Under the pieces are notes generated by a model. The model had not been told where the DNA came from and ran no database searches. It worked only from the letters and a program-made list of their open reading frames with translations. A program made the translations under genes and the position numbers. Shown here piece after piece: positions 19,516 through 27,394 of a stretch of 32,000 bases of DNA (its first letter is position 1; each line of letters starts with the position of its first letter). Source of the DNA: Acaryochloris marina MBIC11017 (lineage in GTDB: Bacteria > Cyanobacteriota > Cyanobacteriia > Thermosynechococcales > Thermosynechococcaceae). The stretch is from contig NC_009925.1 in the NCBI RefSeq assembly GCF_000018105.1, forward strand, positions 180,001-212,000. Reading direction: 5' to 3'.

Positions 19516-19923
19516 ATGTTAAAGCACGTGTTAATGATCGTTTCTAAGTTTGCCAATGGTATAACGGCTACATCCGAAGGGATCTCGGCTGCCGAGCTAA
19601 TTCATCCTTATGATGTGTTTAGAATGGCAAATTGTAAGGTGACGATCGCTAGCTCAAGAGGAGGGGCGGTAGTTTTTAAACCTCTAAGAGACCCCAGTGA
19701 TTTGTCTGGAGCCTCTAATTTAGATCCCCTCTCAGCCCGATATATTGCTCAGCCGAGATTTATAAAGCGGCTTATGAACACTCCCGCAATCTCAGAGCTT
19801 AATATCAGTGATTATGATGCAATCTTTGTTTGTGGAGGGGAAGGAACACTTTATACGAAAGCGTCAGGACTAAGTTATACCAAAGCATCGGGACTGGGGA
19901 TTCAAGACCATTTTTTGCAATAA
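19516..19923 (+). pseudogene. 3'-truncated DJ-1/PfpI (class I glutamine amidotransferase-like) paralog
   Basis: The first 114 codons are colinear with the full-length gene at 25328-26068 (MLKHVLMIVS.../MSKHILMIVS... up to DYDAIFVCGG(E/Q)GTLYT). Homology stops before the nucleophile-Cys region (ATLCRGA in the full copy). The ORF ends in an unrelated tail built from a 24-bp tandem duplication (19851-19898). Confidence 0.7.
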
Positions 19924-19931
19924 ACTGATCC

Positions 19932-20834
19932 TTAGGTCATGTGTGCATCAAACCATGCCACAAGCTGTTCGGGATGCTCTGAAAAATAGGCATACCCTCG
20001 AAAACGCTCTGCAGTCTCTTCCACCCAAATGATTTTTTTGTCTGGGTTGGGCAAGGCATCATAGAATCCTTGGATAGCCTCAGCCTGCATTGACGCATCG
20101 TTTCTGACCTGCAGCACTAAAGTTGGGATCTTGATGGCTGACACCTGCTTCATAGCGTTATAGTCATCGAGCCGGAAACCATAGATTTTCCGTTGCTGTT
20201 GGTCATAGAGTTCAGCGCCCTCTATAGGGTCAATGCCCATGCTCTGGCAAGATTTTTCAATCATGGCTCGACCCAAGACGGGCTGGAGGGCTGTCATGGA
20301 AATAATGTGTTCAAACTCTTCGGGATGCTTGGCCATGGCGATCAAGGTGGAATTACACCCTAGGCACATCGTATGCAGAGAGGTCTTCAAATCGCGAGTC
20401 TCTAGACGGCTCTTGGCGTACCGCACGGCACCAATGATATCGCGCCATTCTAGCTGACTAAAACCGTTGGCTCCCGAAGATGCACTCAAGCCATGGTCGC
20501 GAATGTCATAGGCAATGATGTTATAGCCAGCCTCATGCAGAGCTTGGTAGGCGGGCAAGAAGTTCACTTCAAAGCCGCCACGGAAGCTAAATTCTTCCAG
20601 GTGACCGGCAAAGCCATAGCGATTACCTGGCCCGAAGTGGTTGCAAATGATTAAGCGATCCGAGTCTGCGGGGATAAACCATCCCTCTAACCGAGTGCCG
20701 TCAATGGCGTTAAAGAAAATGTCCTCATACACCATGCCATACTCATTCGGGCGTCGATAGACGGGGGTCCGAGTAGGCTTTGCCATCGCTTGGGCCATGG
20801 CGTTTACGGCTTGGATCATCTGTGCTTGTTCCAT
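19932..20834 (-). CDS. alpha/beta-fold hydrolase-like protein, paralog 1 (Cys at nucleophile elbow)
   Basis: 300 aa. Motifs are NHFGPGN, YDIRDHGLS and the elbow TMCLG. It is paralogous to 21259-22194 and 22391-23266. Confidence 0.85.
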   Translation of the reverse strand: MEQAQMIQAVNAMAQAMAKPTRTPVYRRPNEYGMVYEDIFFNAIDGTRLEGWFIPADSDRLIICNHFGPGNRYGFAGHLEEFSFRGGFEVNFLPAYQALHEAGYNIIAYDIRDHGLSASSGANGFSQLEWRDIIGAVRYAKSRLETRDLKTSLHTMCLGCNSTLIAMAKHPEEFEHIISMTALQPVLGRAMIEKSCQSMGIDPIEGAELYDQQQRKIYGFRLDDYNAMKQVSAIKIPTLVLQVRNDASMQAEAIQGFYDALPNPDKKIIWVEETAERFRGYAYFSEHPEQLVAWFDAHMT

Positions 20835-21010
20835 GTCACTCAGTTTCTTGTTGTATTGAACGTTTCTCTATTTGGTTGAACGATTGTCAGCATTCTCCTT
20901 GGGCAAGGCTGAGGTTGCTGGTCACATTAGAGGTACTGATCAAACCAGTTCACAAATGCTTCAGGCGACCGTCCCAGATAGTTGTAGCCTGCAAACCGGC
21001 TGGCTTCTAA
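20740..21010. repeat. direct repeat copy A (~270 bp): hydrolase-1 5' end + intergenic + hydrolase-3-like 3' end
   Basis: Aligns by eye with 22224-22474 at roughly nine of ten positions, with one ~20-bp indel. The plus-strand track ORFs 20780-21010 and 22264-22593 both begin MPSLGPWRLRLG. Confidence 0.85.
20927..21010 (-). pseudogene. 3' fragment (27 codons + stop) of a hydrolase-3-like gene
   Basis: The minus strand reads LEASRFAGYNYLGRSPEAFVNWFDQYL-stop. The end of the intact gene at 22391 reads LEASRFAGYDYLGRSPEAFVGWFDQYL-stop. A stop codon lies a few codons upstream of the fragment. Confidence 0.75.
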
Positions 21011-21258
21011 TCGGAGAGTGTCAGTTATGGATTAACCAAACTCTCTAAAATTGTGAATACTATGTCTTTTAGGACTTCAGAGTTCCTGTGCGCTCATTAT
21101 TAAGTCCGACGACATTGCTTGTAGCGGAATATTACATAGCCGAGGTTAGTTTTACCCTGTAGAAAAGAGACTCGGCTTGAGTGGCAGTGAGGACAATCCA
21201 TTAAAAGCGGACAGAGTATAAGGGTAAGAAATCAGCCTGCCAGACTGGCGGTAATCCC

Positions 21259-22194
21259 TCAATTTTGGCTACTCGGGACTGACGATTTCAACTTGGGAGC
21301 CGCTAGATATTTATTAAACCAACTTAATATCGGTTCAGAGTTCTCTCCTATCCAGTTGTAACAAGCCATACGATTCTGGAGCGCATTTTTCATTTTAGGC
21401 AAGTCTAACAACAGAATCTCTTTTTCAACGTTTAATTCCTCGTATAACTCATTAAGGAATTCTTCATTGAGATAGCTATCATTCATATTCTGGATGATTA
21501 ACGTCGGCACTGTAATATCCTTTACAAAAGGTCGCCAAGTTAGTTCGTTAAAATCCTCTCCAGTTTGTTTTTTGATAGATTTTGTTGTGCTATCGACCAA
21601 AAAGTTTGGTAAACCCATCGCATTAACAAAACATGTATAATCCATCGGCTGGACTGAAATCATACACTTAATATTTTCATACTGTTTTAGCCCGTTTTCC
21701 ATACCAAAGGCTGCTACACTCGCCCCTTGTCCCATGCATATGCTCAGCAAACCGATTTCAGCATCCTTGTATGTGCCATGATTAGTCATAAAATCAACCG
21801 CAGCTAGCACATCTTTAGCTTCTTCTTTTCCCCAGCTGATATAGGGCAATGTGCCAAGAGAACTCTTTCCGTGATTACGCATATCGTACATAAGCACGGA
21901 ATAGCCTGCTTCATTTAAGTACTTCGCCTGACGAAGAAAGCGAACATCTTCGTCCCAACCTTTAATAAAACCTTTGCCTTCTCTGGTATAGCCTGAGCGA
22001 GAGCATTGCACACCAAAGTGAGACTGAATAATGACTTTATTGGTACTGCCTTTGATCAACCAACCTGAGAGCTCAACACCATCTTTAGCGCTGAAAGTCA
22101 CAGCTTCATAATCGAGGCCGTAGTTTTTGGGGTCATCAAACACTGGAGATTGGTAGGGTTTAATAAATGTATTGGCAATCATCTTTCCCAGCAT
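21259..22194 (-). CDS. alpha/beta-fold hydrolase-like protein, paralog 2 (Cys at nucleophile elbow; AT-rich)
   Basis: Motifs are SHFGVQC, YDMRNHGKS and the elbow SICMG. I prefer the start at 22194 (MLGKMIANTFIKPYQSP, with AGGAG 8 nt upstream) because it aligns with the paralog-3 N-terminus. The track ORF extends to 22230. Confidence 0.85.
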   Translation of the reverse strand: MLGKMIANTFIKPYQSPVFDDPKNYGLDYEAVTFSAKDGVELSGWLIKGSTNKVIIQSHFGVQCSRSGYTREGKGFIKGWDEDVRFLRQAKYLNEAGYSVLMYDMRNHGKSSLGTLPYISWGKEEAKDVLAAVDFMTNHGTYKDAEIGLLSICMGQGASVAAFGMENGLKQYENIKCMISVQPMDYTCFVNAMGLPNFLVDSTTKSIKKQTGEDFNELTWRPFVKDITVPTLIIQNMNDSYLNEEFLNELYEELNVEKEILLLDLPKMKNALQNRMACYNWIGENSEPILSWFNKYLAAPKLKSSVPSSQN

Positions 22195-22222
22195 TGGTCT
22201 TGCTCCTGATCTGTAAATTAAA

Positions 22223-22318
22223 CTACTCATTCGGGCGTTGATAGACGGGGGACTGAGTGGGCTTTGCCATCGCTTGGGCCATGGCGTTTACGGCTTGGAA
22301 CATCTGTTCTTTTTCCAT
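22223..22318 (-). pseudogene. 5' fragment (31 codons) of a hydrolase-1-like gene
   Basis: The minus strand reads MEKEQMFQAVNAMAQAMAKPTQSPVYQRPNE-stop. The hydrolase-1 N-terminus reads MEQAQMIQAVNAMAQAMAKPTRTPVYRRPNEYG. The fragment ends exactly where repeat homology ends. Confidence 0.75.
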
Positions 22319-22474
22319 GCCACTCAGTCTCTTGTTGTGTTGAACGGGTGTTAGCATTCCCCTTGGGCAAGGCTGAGGTTGCTGGTCGTATTAGAGGTAC
22401 TGATCAAACCAGCCCACAAATGCTTCTGGAGACCGTCCCAGATAGTCGTAGCCCGCAAACCGGCTGGCTTCTAA
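22224..22474. repeat. direct repeat copy B (~250 bp): hydrolase-1-like 5' fragment + intergenic + hydrolase-3 3' end
   Basis: Partner of 20740-21010, same orientation. The two copies bracket 21011-22223. Confidence 0.85.
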
Positions 22475-23266
22475 GTCCAGCATCCGCAGATCTTTTTCCA
22501 CGGTCAGGGCATCGTAGTAGGACTGCACCATGTCCAGATTGGTCCAGGGATCGTTCTGGTTCTGAAGGACCAATGTGGGGACTGAAATTTTAGGGGCATC
22601 GTTGATAAAGTTGGGCTCAGCCATATTGAAGCCGAGGCGATCGCGAGAGACCTTGGCCCCGGCGCGCTCCATAAATCCAGGCATGCCCAGTGCTTTGACG
22701 AAGTAGCTGTAAAGCAGGGGCTGCACGTTAACCAGCGCCTTTACCTTGTCACGACTGGCTAACCCATCTGCTAAGCCGTAGGCATAGGTGGTGGAAGCAG
22801 CCCCCATGCAGATACTAAGCAGCCCCACACTGGCATTGGCAAACTCAGGTCGAGCCGAAACAAAGTCTACTGCTGCCACGACATCCTTAGCTTCTTCAGG
22901 CCCCCAGCTCACCCACGGAATCGTACCTAGGTCGCTTTCTCCATGCCCCCGCAGGTCATACATCAATACGGAATAGCCCTGCTCAGCAAGGTATTTGGCC
23001 TGGCGTAAAAACTTGATGTCTTCTTTCCAGGGTGCGATCGGCCCTCTGCCTTTGGGAGACCAGCCACCACGGTTGCATTGCACACCAAAATGGCTCTGCA
23101 CAATCACGCGGTCTGTGCCTCCTTTGATCAACCAGCCCCGCAGGGTTACACCGTCACGCGCTTTGAACTCCACATTTTCGTAGTTGAGTCCATAGTCTGT
23201 AGGACTGTCAAACAACGGTGACTGGGATGGCTTGACCATCATATTGGAAACCATATTGCCAAACAT
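22391..23266 (-). CDS. alpha/beta-fold hydrolase-like protein, paralog 3 (Cys at nucleophile elbow)
   Basis: 291 aa. Motifs are SHFGVQC, YDLRGHGES and the elbow SICMG. GAGG lies 6 nt upstream of the ATG. Confidence 0.85.
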   Translation of the reverse strand: MFGNMVSNMMVKPSQSPLFDSPTDYGLNYENVEFKARDGVTLRGWLIKGGTDRVIVQSHFGVQCNRGGWSPKGRGPIAPWKEDIKFLRQAKYLAEQGYSVLMYDLRGHGESDLGTIPWVSWGPEEAKDVVAAVDFVSARPEFANASVGLLSICMGAASTTYAYGLADGLASRDKVKALVNVQPLLYSYFVKALGMPGFMERAGAKVSRDRLGFNMAEPNFINDAPKISVPTLVLQNQNDPWTNLDMVQSYYDALTVEKDLRMLDLEASRFAGYDYLGRSPEAFVGWFDQYL

Positions 23267-23330
23267 ATCTGACCTCTTGATGAGCGTGATGACGTTGAAT
23301 CGTGTGATGACTGTGTTGGCGGGTGACTTA

Positions 23331-24176
23331 TTACACTGGCGGCATTAGTAATGGGGTAACTTGGTCGATAAAGGCCTGGCGAGAGTCAGCTTTAGCGATC
23401 ATCCCTGCTAGCATTTCTGCATCAGAACCGACCGGGTTGTTGATGGGGGTGTCTTGGGTCGCACATTCAAAAATTTTGTCGGCTACTTCTTGAGGATCAG
23501 CAACTTGGCCACCCTGGTTGGCCATCTTCTGAGCGACGTCTTGCAAGTGAGTATGCAACTTCTCAGCATGAGCCACTAGTTCGGCATCTCCAGCTTTAAG
23601 GATGTCGCTGGTATTGGCATTAAACCGGGTCGTCGGATAGGCCCCAGGTAGAACACTTTTTACTCGAATGTTAAATGGCTTGTAATCAAAGGCCATACCT
23701 TCCGTGAGGCCCTGAACAGCATGCTTGGTTGAGGCGTAAATTGAGATGGTGGGTGCGGCGAGCATACCTGCCATGGACGTTACGTTAATGATGCAGCCTG
23801 ATTTTTGTTGACGCATAAACGGCAAAACGGCACGGGACACATTCATGACGCCAAAGACGTTGGTTTCAAACATTGCCCGAATGTTTTCGTCTGTTGCTTG
23901 CTCAAACAGGGAGTGGCCACCGTAGCCTGCGTTATTAACCAGCACATCAATGGTGCCAAAGGTGGTGATTGTCAATTTAACCGCGACTTCAATACTGGCT
24001 GGTTCAGTTACATCGAGTCGGGTTACAACTACATTTTCAAGTTGTGTGAGGTCCGTTTCGCGCTCCGGAGAACGCATTGTAGCCACCACATTCCAGCCAG
24101 ATTGCTGAAACTTCAGGGCGGCCAGTTTACCAAATCCTGAACTTGCCCCTGTGATTAGGACCGTTTTCTGATTCAT
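23331..24176 (-). CDS. short-chain dehydrogenase/reductase (classical SDR)
   Basis: Motifs TGASSGFG (cofactor), NNAG and the YASTK catalytic YxxxK. 281 aa. Confidence 0.9.
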   Translation of the reverse strand: MNQKTVLITGASSGFGKLAALKFQQSGWNVVATMRSPERETDLTQLENVVVTRLDVTEPASIEVAVKLTITTFGTIDVLVNNAGYGGHSLFEQATDENIRAMFETNVFGVMNVSRAVLPFMRQQKSGCIINVTSMAGMLAAPTISIYASTKHAVQGLTEGMAFDYKPFNIRVKSVLPGAYPTTRFNANTSDILKAGDAELVAHAEKLHTHLQDVAQKMANQGGQVADPQEVADKIFECATQDTPINNPVGSDAEMLAGMIAKADSRQAFIDQVTPLLMPPV

Positions 24177-24238
24177 GAGTTTGACTCCTGATTGTGGTGA
24201 TTGAGGGTTGATATTGAACGGCTTTGCTATCGGGTAAA

Positions 24239-24895
24239 TTATTCGTTATTGATTGCGATCGCCCCATGAATTAACGCGGATAGTCCATACGTCATCGTCG
24301 ATTCAAATTCCCAGGGGGGCTGATTGACTTCTGGATGCCGCAGCGCTTCCAGCAAATTTTCACTGGGATTAGAGAGGGGCCAAAGGCCAGCAATCATTGA
24401 GTAGGTGCATTGAATCACCATGATCCACTGCTGCTGATTGAGGCGGGGGAACACCGATACCAAACTCTCTAATAGTTCTTGGTAGGTGGTATAACCTTGT
24501 TTTTTGAATTTAATCAGTTGCTCAACGGAGGAATTACGCTCCATGGAGATTGAAAGTTGGGGAATCAGATTGAGTAATGTTTCATGTTGCAGCAGTGTTT
24601 CGACCCAAACCTGAGTCATTTCCGATACGTTATCCACCGATGCCATTTGCTGAAGTCGGTTTATTAATGCGCGCACAAATACAATTTGTTCTGCTTCGTA
24701 AATGACTAAGAAAATCTCCTCTCGGGTCGAGAAGTAGCGATAAATATTGGCTTTGCTAATTCCTGCCTCACGGGCAATCCCGTTGAGGCTAATTTCTTCA
24801 TATGCCAACTCAGAGAAGAGAGACTGAGCTGCTTCAAGAATTTCTTCTCGCCTAGCAGCTTTTTGGCTTTGACTCCGTGCTCTTGCCCAACTCAT
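24239..24895 (-). CDS. TetR/AcrR family transcriptional regulator
   Basis: N-terminal TetR HTH (ILEAAQSLFSELAYEEISLNGIAREAGISKANIYRYFSTREEIF). 218 aa with a helical ligand-binding C-terminus. Confidence 0.9.
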   Translation of the reverse strand: MSWARARSQSQKAARREEILEAAQSLFSELAYEEISLNGIAREAGISKANIYRYFSTREEIFLVIYEAEQIVFVRALINRLQQMASVDNVSEMTQVWVETLLQHETLLNLIPQLSISMERNSSVEQLIKFKKQGYTTYQELLESLVSVFPRLNQQQWIMVIQCTYSMIAGLWPLSNPSENLLEALRHPEVNQPPWEFESTMTYGLSALIHGAIAINNE

Positions 24896-24903
24896 AGATA
24901 ATT

Positions 24904-24944
24904 AAGTAACCACTGGTCACATAATAAGTGACCAGTGGTTACTT
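24904..24944. promoter_or_regulatory. perfect 17-bp inverted repeat (candidate TetR operator overlapping a -10-like hexamer)
   Basis: AAGTAACCACTGGTCAC (24904-24920), then ATAATAA, then GTGACCAGTGGTTACTT (24928-24944), ending 8 nt upstream of the tetR ATG. On the tetR strand the spacer reads TTATTAT, which contains TATTAT. Confidence 0.6.
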
Positions 24945-24971
24945 GTCAACCCCTGCTTGAGGTAATTGAAG

Positions 24972-25098
24972 GGTTGATACTGTTGGCGAACTCCTAAATT
25001 GAGCCTCAAACTCAGTAAGTTCGTTCTCAGCTCCTGAGCTGAATCACCGAGATCTTATTGATTCAGAGCTGAACTTGAATTCGCCAACAGTATCGAAT
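24972..25098. repeat. ~125-bp element with 15-bp perfect terminal inverted repeats (MITE-like or structured RNA)
   Basis: GATACTGTTGGCGAA (24976-24990) and TTCGCCAACAGTATC (25080-25094). The arms extend imperfectly to ~23 bp. Internal hairpins are TCAGCTC/GAGCTGA and CTGAATCA/TGATTCAG. Confidence 0.35.
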
Positions 25099-25327
25099 CA
25101 TTGCCATACCCCAAGAAAGGTTGCCATCAGAATGGACCTCGGAATGGTTAATACTTGACGGCCCTCATTGGATATTGAATATGCCCATAGACCTCAAATT
25201 ATCTTGGTGCAAGTTATGAGTCGTCTTACCTTGGCCACATGATCAAGTTAACAGTGCTGTTCAATCGTCATCACTCCCCTCCAGCCCCATGAAAGGGAGG
25301 AGCCTGAACAATGGAAGACAAAAGTCC

Positions 25328-26068
25328 TTAGTGTGAATTGTCAAAGTATGAATCATTAAAGTCTAAATCCAACGCCTTTAAGACTAAGCTCGCCGTTAGG
25401 AAAGCAGAATTGCTTTGCTGGCCAGTAATCAAGTTGCTGTCTTGAATTACAAATGGTGTGAAGGCAGAACTCGCCACAAATTTTGCACCGCGCTTTTTGG
25501 CCTCCTCTTCTACAACAAAAGGAACCATCATCGGGCCAAAGTTTTTACTCATCCACTGCTCTTCTTTCTTAGAGAATCCAGTGATCATTTTGCCTTGAAT
25601 CAACGGTTCGCCATTATCCAAGGTGGCATTCAGGAGTAAGCAAGCGCCTCGACAGAGGGTTGCACTCGGTTTCTCGTCTTGGTAAAAGCTGACAAATAAA
25701 TCGGTCAAAGCCTTGTCTTTTGGGAAAGTATAGAGGGTTCCCTGACCACCACAAACAAAGATTGCATCATAGTCCTGTGTATTGAGATTTGAGATCGCAG
25801 GGGTATTCGATAACTGATCGGTAAACGCCGCTTGGGTAATATATCGAGCAGAGAGGATATCCAGCGACAAGAACCCAGACGGATCACGAGGTTCACTCTG
25901 TGCATCAAGTTCAATCGGGCCACCCTGGGAACTTGCGATGGTCACCTGGCAGCCAGAGGCTTTGAGCACAGCGTAAGGATGGATCAGTTCAACAGCACAG
26001 ATCCCCACGGGTTTGCCGATGTTGCTGGTAGCAGAGTTGGAAACGATCATTAAGATGTGCTTTGACAT
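25328..26068 (-). CDS. DJ-1/PfpI family (class I glutamine amidotransferase-like) protein, full length
   Basis: 246 aa. Motifs are ILMIVSN, DAIFVCGGQG, a candidate nucleophile elbow ATLCRGACLL, and C-terminal NLITGQQSNS. Confidence 0.85.
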   Translation of the reverse strand: MSKHILMIVSNSATSNIGKPVGICAVELIHPYAVLKASGCQVTIASSQGGPIELDAQSEPRDPSGFLSLDILSARYITQAAFTDQLSNTPAISNLNTQDYDAIFVCGGQGTLYTFPKDKALTDLFVSFYQDEKPSATLCRGACLLLNATLDNGEPLIQGKMITGFSKKEEQWMSKNFGPMMVPFVVEEEAKKRGAKFVASSAFTPFVIQDSNLITGQQSNSAFLTASLVLKALDLDFNDSYFDNSH

Positions 26069-27064
26069 TTTGAAGATTGATGGGTACTGGGTTGATGAGG
26101 TATTTCTGAGCAGAGGTCAAATTGCTATTTCAGCCATGTTTTTGAGTTAGCTTATGTTTTGACTAATCAAACTGAACATTTTTATTTGCAGATAATTTTA
26201 ATATGGCTATTTTGCATCTACAGCCACAACTATCTACTGGTTATTTCTTTGAGGTAAAAAGGATAATCTTCAGGTATCATCCACCTGGATATCCACCAGC
26301 ATCATTGGCTGTTTTAGCTAGACTATTCCCCACTCACGAGTGCGATAACTGCTCCCTATATCTAAAAATTTATAAAGAAGGAATAGGGTAGGGCATTAAG
26401 GGCATTAGCGATAAGTAGAGTTTGGGTTTTTTGGAGGAGAATAAAGGGATTAACCTCTGTTTCAAATCACGAAAAATTCTTATCAATTATCTGTCAATTA
26501 TGGATTAGATAGTTGCTAAGATGATTGAAATAATTTCCTTTTTAAATAAGCGAATATTTGCACCGTTATACATCTTTTTGATGATGCTTATTTTGTTGTT
26601 ATTAACCTAAGAAGGGTTAAGCTTAGTCGTCAATATTCAGAAGCAACACAACGTCAACCGTATCACTCCAACCTTCCAGATTTAGCGAGAAAGTTAGCAC
26701 TTGCTCAGATCCGTCCTTGTGGAGAAAGTGGCTCTTCGCAGATATTTTCTCAGTAAGAATAAAGAAGTTCTCCAACAATATCGAGACGGGCGATCTGCCT
26801 TTAACACCAGCCTAGATCGTTTGTCCTATCTCCTCAAAAATGTCAGAACTCAGCATCCTAGTTCACTATTCTCAATAGTCAATACTATTGAATGAAATAC
26901 TCCTGATTTTTAATCGAGAAATCAACTATTTCAAGGCTTGAGTTTTTACTAGAATTCTCAACTAAAATATTGGACACTGAATTCTGAAACTTTCCAAAAT
27001 GCTCCAAGTTTTTGTATAGAGAACATTCCAAAAAAGAATTTAAAAATTGACAAGATTACTAACG

Positions 27065-27346
27065 TCAAACCTGGTGGTGGAACTCTACATAAAACTCGAC
27101 TGACCCTATCGGCTCAACCTTATGGGAAATTTTAGGTTCGATGATACCAGGGAGTTCCGAGCTGATCACATGTTCCTCAGGGGGATTCGTGAGAATTTGA
27201 TATCGCAGTTGGCCAGATATGACACAAAGCTTACCCCAACTTCCTTCTCTAGTGGTATGGGAATGGAGTAGTGCGTTTGGAATTGTATCTTGTGTAAAGA
27301 CCGAGGTTTGACGGTAAGCTGTAACATTCTTGGGGAGTATTTTCAT
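27065..27346 (-). CDS. DUF1971 domain protein (YeaR / TehB-associated domain-like)
   Basis: 93 aa. The segment HSHTTREGSWGKLCVISGQLRYQIL...IIEPKISHKVEPIGSVEFYVEFH matches the DUF1971 pattern (H-x-T-x3-G-x-WG-x-L-x-V-x-G-x-L-x-Y ... P-x3-H-x-V ... F-x-V-x-F). Confidence 0.8.
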   Translation of the reverse strand: MKILPKNVTAYRQTSVFTQDTIPNALLHSHTTREGSWGKLCVISGQLRYQILTNPPEEHVISSELPGIIEPKISHKVEPIGSVEFYVEFHHQV

Positions 27347-27394
27347 GATAGTTTTCCGAGGATTGAAGCTTGCTGAAAGAACGTCTTGATCAAC

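Noticed and set aside
22195-22230. Longer hydrolase-2 start at 22230 (MSSLIYRSGARP...), overlapping the 31-codon fragment
   Set aside because: The paralog alignment begins at MLGKMIANTF (22194), which has a good AGGAG. The 12 extra codons have no counterpart in the paralogs. I cannot fully exclude the longer form.
20780-22593. Plus-strand ORFs 20780-21010 and 22264-22593, both starting MPSLGPWRLRLG
   Set aside because: Their similarity is real, but it reflects the antisense reading of the two direct-repeat copies. The sense (minus) strand carries recognisable hydrolase gene ends, so these are not genes.
23805-24140. ORF 23805-24140(+) and other antisense ORFs in the SDR/hydrolase genes (20233-20457, 22788-22976, 22995-23183)
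   Set aside because: They are antisense to well-supported genes and show no motifs.
25270-25310. CTCCTCCC...GGAGGGGAG hairpin downstream of the DJ-1 gene as a terminator
   Set aside because: The stem is imperfect and no U-tract follows on the transcribed strand.
26203-26895. ORFs 26203-26391(+) and 26701-26895(+) in the AT-rich spacer
   Set aside because: They have no ribosome-binding site, no motifs and odd composition. The first overlaps the conserved upstream boxes of the DJ-1 gene, which look regulatory rather than coding.
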